Shown piece after piece: positions 56,377 to 63,428 of a stretch of 64,000 nt of DNA. The DNA is taken from NCBI GenBank assembly GCA_013334435.1, contig JAAXXP010000001.1, positions 24,892-88,891 of the forward strand. Reading direction: 5' to 3'. The stretch's first letter is position 1, and every line of letters begins with the position of its first letter. The notes under the pieces are model-generated. The model was not told the DNA's origin. It ran no database searches and worked only from the letters and a program-made list of their open reading frames with translations. Source of the DNA: Chlorobiaceae bacterium. Its GTDB lineage: Bacteria > Bacteroidota > Chlorobiia > Chlorobiales > Chlorobiaceae. Both the position numbers and the translations under genes were made by a program.

Positions 56377-56502
56377 ATGTACGGGAGCGTATGCATGCCT
56401 TGCTGCATTACCACCCCGACCCTGATTTTTCAGAAGGCAGGGCTGCCTGCGGATGGGCCTGCCGGGTGGGTTCTCTCTCAATCAGACCAGATCAGTTCAT
56501 GA
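56377..56502 (+). CDS. Candidate 41-aa Cys/Met-rich small ORF, translationally coupled to psrBC
   Basis: RBS AAGAGGAGAAGG at 56362-56373. ATG 56377. Translation MYGSVCMPCCITTPTLIFQKAGLPADGPAGWVLSQSDQISS. Its TGA overlaps the ATG of the next gene (ATGA at 56499-56502). Confidence 0.45.
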   Translation: MYGSVCMPCCITTPTLIFQKAGLPADGPAGWVLSQSDQISS

Positions 56503-58052
56503 ACTACGGCTTTGTTATCGATGCCCGGAAATGTATCGGATGCCATGCATGCACGGTTGCCTGCAAGTCCGAAAACGAGGTTCCTCTCGGAGTGAACCGT
56601 ACCTGGGTGAAATATGTGGAAAAGGGCGCCTTCCCCGATACCCGGCGCTACTTTACCGTTTTGCGCTGCAACCACTGCGCCGAGCCGCCATGTGTGGCTA
56701 TCTGTCCTGTCGAGGCGCTGCAGAAACGTCCGGACGGCATCGTGGATTTCGACAGCCGCCGCTGCATAGGATGCAAGGCATGCGCCCAGGCCTGCCCTTA
56801 CAATGCGCTCTATATCGATCCCGATACCCATACCTCGGCAAAGTGCAACTACTGCGCCCATCGCAGGGAGGTTGGCCTCCAGCCGGCCTGCGTGGCGGTC
56901 TGTCCGCAGCAGGCAATCGTTTCGGGCGATCTCGATGATCCCTCAAGCAAAATCGCCACGCTGGTTGCCTGCGAACGTACCGTCGTGCGCAAGCCCGAGA
57001 AGGGGACTTCGCCCAAGCTGTTCTATATCAATGGCGACGGTGCGTCGCTCGATCCCATGGAGGCTCCCCTGCAGGAGGAATACCACTGGAGCGCCCAGTC
57101 GAGAGGCGTGGGTCATTTTGCCGGAAAGGGAAAAAGCGCACCGGGAATCGAAAAACCCGCCCATGCATCCGCCACGGCCGGCCCGAAAGCCCGCCGCGTT
57201 TATGATATTCCGTCGAAAGGCGCAGTCTGGGGCTGGGAGGTTCCGGCATATGTGACGGCCAAGGCGGTCTCGTCCGGAGTGTTTCTTGTTTTTGCCGCCC
57301 TGCTCGCCGTTTTCCGCATGGAGCTTGCCCCAACCCTGCAGTGGTCGGCCTGGGCGGTTTCGCTGCTTTTTCTGGCCCTTACCGGAGGCTTTCTCATCAA
57401 GGATCTCGATCGTCCCGACCGCTTTTCGTCGGTGATGCTGCGTCCGCAGTTCGGCTCATGGCTTGTCAGGGGCGGGCTTACCATTACCGGTTACGGTGCG
57501 TTTCTCGCCCTGTGGGGAGTATCGCATCTCCTGCAGATTCCCGCACTTGAAACCGCCGCGCTCTGGGGCGGCGCGCTTTTCGCCCTGGTGACGGCCATCT
57601 ATACGGCGTTTCTGTTCGGCGCCGCAAAAGGGCGCGATTTCTGGCAGAGCCCCATGCTGCTGCTGCATATGCTTCTGAACTCCCTGCTTGCCGGCGGCTC
57701 GGCCATGCTCCTGCTCGGGCTCGGCGCCGGAAGCCCGTCGGAACTTCTCGGGCTGCTCCGTCAGCTGCTGACGGCAGGCTTCGGGCTGCATATCGTCATC
57801 ATGCTGCTCGAACTGTACGGACAGCACCCTTCCGCAGGGGCTGAGCGCGCGGCGGAAATCATCCGTGAGGGGAGCCTGAAGAACCAGTTCTGGGCAGGCA
57901 GTTTTCTTGGCGGCAACCTGCTGCCCCTTCTCGTTACGCTTTTTTCATCCGATCCGCTGATGCTTGCCGCAGCGGCCCTTCTGGGACTGTGCGGTGTGTT
58001 CTACACGGAAAAAGTCTGGGTTCAGGCCCCGCAGAGAATTCCCTTAAGTTAA
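56499..58052 (+). CDS. Fused 4x[4Fe-4S] ferredoxin (PsrB/NrfC-like) plus NrfD/PsrC-like membrane anchor
   Basis: N-terminal Cys clusters CIGCHACTVAC, CNHCAEPPC, CIGCKACAQAC and CNYCAHR...CVAVCP. The C-terminal roughly 330 aa has about 8 hydrophobic helices. Start set at MNYGFVIDARKC (ORF maximum 56391). Confidence 0.85.
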   Translation: MNYGFVIDARKCIGCHACTVACKSENEVPLGVNRTWVKYVEKGAFPDTRRYFTVLRCNHCAEPPCVAICPVEALQKRPDGIVDFDSRRCIGCKACAQACPYNALYIDPDTHTSAKCNYCAHRREVGLQPACVAVCPQQAIVSGDLDDPSSKIATLVACERTVVRKPEKGTSPKLFYINGDGASLDPMEAPLQEEYHWSAQSRGVGHFAGKGKSAPGIEKPAHASATAGPKARRVYDIPSKGAVWGWEVPAYVTAKAVSSGVFLVFAALLAVFRMELAPTLQWSAWAVSLLFLALTGGFLIKDLDRPDRFSSVMLRPQFGSWLVRGGLTITGYGAFLALWGVSHLLQIPALETAALWGGALFALVTAIYTAFLFGAAKGRDFWQSPMLLLHMLLNSLLAGGSAMLLLGLGAGSPSELLGLLRQLLTAGFGLHIVIMLLELYGQHPSAGAERAAEIIREGSLKNQFWAGSFLGGNLLPLLVTLFSSDPLMLAAAALLGLCGVFYTEKVWVQAPQRIPLS

Positions 58053-58071
58053 CCATGTGCCGGAGTTTACC

Positions 58072-60933
58072 ATGAGCTATACCCATAAACCGACAGTCAT
58101 AGAGTCCATTGCTGAAAAGCTCCACCTTGTTCCCGATCTGCACCGGGAGGACGATGGCCCCAGGGCGCTTCGGGCCGCAGAAGAGGGCGCCGAGATAAGC
58201 TGCCCGCCTCCCGCACAGTGGGACAACTGGGTCGAATACGACTCGAAAAGCTGGCCCGAACGCAAGACGAAAGAGTACATGCTGGTGCCGACCGCCTGTT
58301 TCAACTGCGAAGCGGGGTGCGGACTTCTCGCCTATGTCGACAAGGAGACCATGGAGATCCGCAAACTGACCGGCAACCCCTATCATCCGGCCAGCCGCGG
58401 CAGGAACTGCGCCAAGGGCCCGGCAACGCTCAACCAGATTCAGGATACCGACAGGGTGCTCTATCCCATGAAACGCGCAGGAAAGCGAGGCGACGGCAAA
58501 TGGGAACGGGTCAGCTGGGACAGCGTCCTCGACGATATCGCCGGACGGATGCGCAAGGCAATCATGGAGGGCCGCAACAACGAAATCTCCTACCATGTAG
58601 GACGTCCGGGACACGACGGGTTCATGGAGTGGGTGCTGCGGGCGTGGAACGTAGACGGCCACAACAGCCATACCAACGTCTGCTCTTCGGGAGCGCGTTT
58701 CGGTTACGCCATATGGGAAGGGTTCGACCGTCCCTCTCCCGATCATGCCAACGCGAAATTCATTCTTCTGGTCAGCGCCCATCTTGAATCGGGCCACTAT
58801 TTCAACCCGCATTCCCAGCGCATCATCGAGGCCCGCATGAAAGGTGCGAAGCTGGCCGTGCTCGACCCCAGGCTTTCCAATACCGCAAGCATGTCCGATT
58901 ACTGGATGCCGAGCTATCCAGGCAGCGAGCCGGCCATCCTGCTCGCCATGGCGAAGGTGATCATCGACGAAGGGCTCTACAACCGGACCTATCTGGAAAA
59001 CTGGGTGAACTGGCAGGAGTATCTCCAGGCGGAATATCCCGGAACCCCGGTGACCTTCGAAAATTTCATCGAGGCGCTGAAAAAGGAGTACGCCCACTAC
59101 ACCCCCGAATACGCTTCGAAAGAGAGCGGCGTGGACGCATCCATGATCGTCGAGGTCGCCCGCAGGATCGGCGAGGCGGGCTCGCAGTTCTCCACCCATG
59201 TCTGGCGCAGCGCCAGCAGCGGCAATCTCGGCGGCTGGGCCGTGTCGCGCACGCTGCACTTTCTGAACGTGCTGACCGGCAGCGTCGGAACGCCTGGAGG
59301 CACCTCTCCGAGCGCATGGAACAAGTTCAAGCCTCATGTGCATGCCGAACCCAAACCGCAGACCTTCTGGAATCCGCTCCATCTGCCCGACGAATATCCG
59401 CTCGCGCACTTCGAGATGAGTTTCCTGCTCCCCCATTTCCTCAAGGAGGGACGGGGCAAGCTCGATGTTTATTTCACCAGGGTGTTCAACCCGGTATGGA
59501 CCTATCCCGACGGCTTCTCGTGGATCGAGGCGCTGGAGGACGAATCGAAAATCGGCCTGCACGCCGCGCTCACGCCAACGTGGAGCGAGACCGCCTATTT
59601 TGCCGACTATGTGCTGCCGATGGGCCACTCGGCCGAACGGCACGACCTGCTCAGCTACGAAACCCACGCAGGCAAATGGCTCGCTTTCCGCCAGCCGGTG
59701 CTGCGCACTGCCCTGAGAAGAATGGGCAAACCGGTGACCCACACCTGGGAGGCCAACCCCGGCGAAGTCTGGGAAGAGGATGAATTCTGGATCGAACTGA
59801 CCTGGCGCATCGACCCCGACGGCAGCCTCGGCATCCGCCAGTACTGCATGTCTCCCTACAGGCCGGGAGAGAAAATAACCATCGATGAGTATTACCGCTA
59901 TATCTTCGAGCATACGGCAGGCCTTCCGGAGAAGGCGGCAGCCGAAGGGCTCACTCCGTTCGACTACATGCAGAAATACGGTGCGTTCGAGGTCGAAAGC
60001 AACGTCTACAACGTGAACGAAAAAGCCGTGCCTCAGGCCGATCTCGACGGCGCTTCGGTGGAGCCGCAGAGCGGGCTGATCGTCAAGAACGGCAAGGCCG
60101 TGGGCGTGGAGGTTGCCGGTCGTTCCTGTACCGGGTTTCCCACCCCTTCGAAAAAGCAGGAGTTCTACTCCGGCACCATGGTCGACTGGAAGTGGCCGGA
60201 ATACCGCCTGCCGGGCTACATCAGGAGCCACATCCATGAGGAGACCATGGACCACAAAAACGGAGAGTTCGTGCTGGTGCCGACCTTCCGCCTGCCGGTA
60301 CTGATCCACTCCCGCTCGGGCAACGCCAAATGGCTTGCCGAAATCGCCCACCGCAATCCCGTCTGGATCAACGCTACCGACGGAGCGGCGCTCGGCATCG
60401 CCAACGGCGACCTGATCAGGGTGAACACCGACATCGGCTTTTTCGTGAACCGCGCCTGGGTGACCGAAGGGATACGTCCGGGAGTGGTCGCCTGTTCCCA
60501 CCACATCGGACGGTGGCGCCGCGAACAGGACCCCGAAGGCAACCGCTGGGCCGCCAACAAGGTCAACATCTCCAGAGAGGGGGACGGCAAATGGAAGATG
60601 CGCGTCGAAGAGAACATCCAGCCATACGAGAGCAGCGATGCAGACTCGTCGAGAATTTTCTGGTCTGACGGCGGCGTTCATCAGAACATCACCTTCCCGG
60701 TGCACCCCGACCCGATCAGCGGCATGCACTGCTGGCATCAGAAGGTGCGCATCGAGAAGGCGCACGATGACGACCGGTATGGCGACGTGTTTGTCGATAC
60801 CGACCGTTCATTCCAGATTTACAGGGAGTGGCTCGCCATGACGAGGCCGGCTCCCGGTCCCGGCGGCCTGCGCCGTCCGCTCTGGCTCAACCGCCCGTTC
60901 AGGCCCGACGAGAAAACCTACTATATCGCCTAG
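58072..60933 (+). CDS. Molybdopterin (bis-MGD) oxidoreductase catalytic subunit, PsrA-like, without Tat signal
   Basis: About 953 aa with N-terminal Fe-S motif CFNCEAGCG...C and the Mo-oxidoreductase pattern throughout. No RRxF signal peptide. GGAG 6 nt upstream of ATG 58072; the ORF track starts at GTG 58057. Confidence 0.88.
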   Translation: MSYTHKPTVIESIAEKLHLVPDLHREDDGPRALRAAEEGAEISCPPPAQWDNWVEYDSKSWPERKTKEYMLVPTACFNCEAGCGLLAYVDKETMEIRKLTGNPYHPASRGRNCAKGPATLNQIQDTDRVLYPMKRAGKRGDGKWERVSWDSVLDDIAGRMRKAIMEGRNNEISYHVGRPGHDGFMEWVLRAWNVDGHNSHTNVCSSGARFGYAIWEGFDRPSPDHANAKFILLVSAHLESGHYFNPHSQRIIEARMKGAKLAVLDPRLSNTASMSDYWMPSYPGSEPAILLAMAKVIIDEGLYNRTYLENWVNWQEYLQAEYPGTPVTFENFIEALKKEYAHYTPEYASKESGVDASMIVEVARRIGEAGSQFSTHVWRSASSGNLGGWAVSRTLHFLNVLTGSVGTPGGTSPSAWNKFKPHVHAEPKPQTFWNPLHLPDEYPLAHFEMSFLLPHFLKEGRGKLDVYFTRVFNPVWTYPDGFSWIEALEDESKIGLHAALTPTWSETAYFADYVLPMGHSAERHDLLSYETHAGKWLAFRQPVLRTALRRMGKPVTHTWEANPGEVWEEDEFWIELTWRIDPDGSLGIRQYCMSPYRPGEKITIDEYYRYIFEHTAGLPEKAAAEGLTPFDYMQKYGAFEVESNVYNVNEKAVPQADLDGASVEPQSGLIVKNGKAVGVEVAGRSCTGFPTPSKKQEFYSGTMVDWKWPEYRLPGYIRSHIHEETMDHKNGEFVLVPTFRLPVLIHSRSGNAKWLAEIAHRNPVWINATDGAALGIANGDLIRVNTDIGFFVNRAWVTEGIRPGVVACSHHIGRWRREQDPEGNRWAANKVNISREGDGKWKMRVEENIQPYESSDADSSRIFWSDGGVHQNITFPVHPDPISGMHCWHQKVRIEKAHDDDRYGDVFVDTDRSFQIYREWLAMTRPAPGPGGLRRPLWLNRPFRPDEKTYYIA

Positions 60934-61032
60934 TTTCTGAAAAGAACAGACCCCCTTGACGCCTGTCTGCCGGTAATACCCTGCCGGCAGATACGGTCGA
61001 TATCAATCCATCAATCCTTTGACGCATGGCAC

Positions 61033-61989
61033 ATGACAAGAGTGGACGGTAAAAAAATCTGGTGGTTCCTTGCAGCCGTTCTGCTGACAGCCATGCCGCT
61101 TGTCCTTGCTCCGGAAGCCGCAGCCGCATCGTTACCGGCAGGCGGCGAAACCTCATGGTGGATCTGGGTACTGCTGCTTTTCATCTTTTCATTTTTTCTC
61201 GGCATAGTTTCCGTTCTTGCCGGCGTGGGCGGCGGGGTGCTTTTTGTGCCTATTGTCAGCAGCTTCTTTCCTTTCCATCTCGATTTCGTTCGCGGTGCCG
61301 GGCTCCTGGTCGCGCTTTCCGGCGCTCTTTCGGCAGGCCCCTCACTGCTGAGAAAAGGGCTTGCCGATCTGAAGCTCAGCCTTCCGCTCTCCCTTATTGG
61401 ATCCATCAGCTCCGTTGCAGGAGCGATTGTCGGACTCAGGATGTCCGCCGACAGTGTGCAGCTTTTGCTTGGCATAGCGATCATCGCCATTGCGGTGATC
61501 ATGATGAAAGCCGGAAAATCCGGTTATCCTGAAGTCGGAGAGTCCGATGTGATCGCCAGGGCACTGGGCATTTCCGGCAGCTATTATGAACCGACTATCG
61601 ACAAAACCATCAACTGGAAGGTGCATCGGACGCCTCTGGGGCTGGTGCTCTTTTTCTTTATCGGTTTTATCGGGGGCATGTTCGGCATGGGCGCCGGCTG
61701 GGCCAACGTGCCGGTGCTCAATCTCCTCATGGGAGCGCCCCTCAAGATTGCCGTTGCGACAAGTGGGCTGGTTCTCTCGATGAACGGCGCGGCAGCTGCA
61801 TGGATCTATATCTATAAAGGAGCCGTTCTTCCCCTGATCGCAGTTCCCGCAGTCGGCGGCGTGATGCTCGGTTCGAAGATCGGTGCCAGAATTCTCTCGA
61901 AAGTCAACACCGGTTCGGTTCGCATCATTGTGATCATCATGATGGTCATTGCCGGTCTTCGTTCAATAACAAAAGGATTGGGATTATGA
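61033..61989 (+). CDS. TauE/SafE (DUF81) family anion exporter, sulfite-exporter-like
   Basis: 318 aa with about 8 TM segments in two homologous halves carrying Gly-rich motifs (GVGGGVLFVP and GMGAGWANVP). Confidence 0.8.
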   Translation: MTRVDGKKIWWFLAAVLLTAMPLVLAPEAAAASLPAGGETSWWIWVLLLFIFSFFLGIVSVLAGVGGGVLFVPIVSSFFPFHLDFVRGAGLLVALSGALSAGPSLLRKGLADLKLSLPLSLIGSISSVAGAIVGLRMSADSVQLLLGIAIIAIAVIMMKAGKSGYPEVGESDVIARALGISGSYYEPTIDKTINWKVHRTPLGLVLFFFIGFIGGMFGMGAGWANVPVLNLLMGAPLKIAVATSGLVLSMNGAAAAWIYIYKGAVLPLIAVPAVGGVMLGSKIGARILSKVNTGSVRIIVIIMMVIAGLRSITKGLGL

Positions 61990-62405
61990 GCAACACAGAC
62001 GGTCAGCATAAACCTGAGATCGACAGGGCGCAGCTTGTCTATGCCGCCGTTCTCGACGTCGTTTCGCATACCGGTATGGTGCTGATCGCCGCAGGTTTTC
62101 TCTCCTATGTTTTAAGGCTGCTGCCGCTTACGGTTTCCGTCGAAGCGGTCGCCTCCCACTGGCATCTCAGGGCAAGTGAAATGAATCACGTCCTTTCGGT
62201 GCCCTCAGGCTGGTCATGGGTGCAGGATCCCCTGCACGGAGATGTACTCAGCTTCATATCAATTATCTTTCTTTCGATGGCGGCCATGATCTGTCTTGTT
62301 GCCGTCATTCCTGTTTTTTTCGCCGGGAAGAACAGGAGTTATGCCCTCATTGCCCTGCTTCAGGTTCTTGTGCTTGTCGCTGCCGTTGTCGGCATAGCTT
62401 CCTGA
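61986..62405 (+). CDS. Small 3-4 TM membrane protein, DUF1634-like partner of TauE
   Basis: 139 aa with an ATGA overlap with the TauE stop. The DUF81-DUF1634 pairing is a common arrangement. Family is assigned mainly by context. Confidence 0.5.
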   Translation: MSNTDGQHKPEIDRAQLVYAAVLDVVSHTGMVLIAAGFLSYVLRLLPLTVSVEAVASHWHLRASEMNHVLSVPSGWSWVQDPLHGDVLSFISIIFLSMAAMICLVAVIPVFFAGKNRSYALIALLQVLVLVAAVVGIAS

Positions 62406-62447
62406 GAACATTGAGCGTCGATAGCCGGAAAAAATCGCAGGGAATCC

Positions 62448-62499
62448 TTGTTTCTTTCCTCGCTATTATTTATAATTATATAATTGTCTGGTTATATAG
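62448..62499 (+). promoter_or_regulatory. Sigma70-like promoter of the tusA operon with adjoining 24-bp palindromic operator
   Basis: TTGTTT (62448-62453), a 17-nt spacer, then TATAAT (62471-62476). Operator TTATATAAT-tgtctg-GTTATATAG at 62476-62499. Confidence 0.65.
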
Positions 62500-62568
62500 T
62501 TTTATTTGTTGCGGCAATATCGCAACCGCTTACCCCGAAACAACATACTTAACTTCAAGGAGGCATCA

Positions 62569-62805
62569 ATGTCTGAAATAACTGCCAACCGTACGCTCGA
62601 TTGCTCCGGGATGAACTGCCCGCTGCCGATCCTGAAGACCAAGAAAGAGGTCGATCAGATGCAGAGCGGTGAAATTCTGAAAATGATCTCGACGGATTCC
62701 GGTTCGGCAAACGACATGACTTCGTGGGCGAACAGAACGGGACACAAAATCGTCGGCAGCAGCACCGAAGGCGGAACCTATACTTTCTACATCCAGAAAT
62801 CCTGA
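62569..62805 (+). CDS. tusA: TusA/SirA-family sulfur carrier protein
   Basis: 78 aa. LDCSGMNCPLPILKTKK (CPxP active site). RBS AAGGAGG 6 nt upstream. The ORF track starts earlier, at 62506. Confidence 0.88.
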   Translation: MSEITANRTLDCSGMNCPLPILKTKKEVDQMQSGEILKMISTDSGSANDMTSWANRTGHKIVGSSTEGGTYTFYIQKS

Positions 62806-62821
62806 CCGGGAGAAAACCACT

Positions 62822-63331
62822 ATGGCCGACACAAAAAAACTTGCCATCATCGCCTCCAAAGGCACGCTCGACTGGGCCTATCCTCCATTCATCCTCGCTT
62901 CGGCGGCGGCGGCCATGGATATGGAAGCGGTGCTCTTTTTTACCTTTTACGGTCTTCCGCTGCTGAAAAAAGAGATCGATCTCAAGGTCACTCCTGTCGG
63001 CAATCCGGCAATGCCGATGAAAATGCCGTTCGGCAGCAAGGAGTTCCAGGGCTTCGACTGGCCCATTCCCAATATCATTTCCGGCAACGTTCCCGGATTC
63101 GACACCATGGCCACCATGCTCATGAAGGAAACCTTCAAGAAGAAAGGTGTGGCCACCATCGAGCAGCTTCGCGAGATGTGCCAGGAGAGCGGCGTCCGCT
63201 TCATCGCCTGCCAGATGACCATGGATGTTTTCGGTTTCGAACGCAAGGATTTCATTGACGGCGTCGAGTACGGCGGTGCGGCAATGTTTCTTGAGTACGC
63301 CGCCGATGCGAACATGTCCCTGTTTATCTGA
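62822..63331 (+). CDS. DsrE/DsrF-like family protein (DsrE2/DsrE3-type, DrsE_2-like)
   Basis: 169 aa. KLAIIASKGTLDWAYPPFILASAAAAMDMEAVLFFTFYG and the conserved-Cys region RFIACQMTMDVFG. Located directly downstream of tusA. Confidence 0.75.
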   Translation: MADTKKLAIIASKGTLDWAYPPFILASAAAAMDMEAVLFFTFYGLPLLKKEIDLKVTPVGNPAMPMKMPFGSKEFQGFDWPIPNIISGNVPGFDTMATMLMKETFKKKGVATIEQLREMCQESGVRFIACQMTMDVFGFERKDFIDGVEYGGAAMFLEYAADANMSLFI

Positions 63332-63428
63332 GCTTTTCTGATTCCGGTTTTCACTTCTGCCGGCAGGCTTTTGGCCGATTCCGGCATTTTTATCCGTCAT
63401 GTAACGTTTTCTGCAGGGAGTTTATCCT

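Noticed and set aside
56128-56498. Calling the leader a Moco riboswitch.
   Set aside because: The context (upstream of a molybdoenzyme) is right. However, I could not find the conserved Moco-motif core I remember from the E. coli moaA leader, so naming it would be a guess. I kept it as an unclassified structured leader.
57934-60765. 943-aa ORF on the minus strand, the longest non-annotated ORF in the window.
   Set aside because: It lies exactly antisense and codon-aligned to the PsrA-like gene. Its translation is low-complexity (rich in Arg, Gly, Ala, Val, His and Pro) with no recognisable motif. In GC-rich genes the sense codons TTA, CTA and TCA are rare, so the antisense frame stays open by chance. 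The sense strand carries clear Mo-oxidoreductase motifs.
60955-61032. Duplicated TTGACGC elements and an 8-bp hairpin between the psrA-like gene and tauE, considered as a promoter or terminator.
   Set aside because: No -10 hexamer sits at a suitable spacing from either TTGACG, and the hairpin has no T-tract. The evidence is too weak to call either feature, so I only mention it under the tauE finding.
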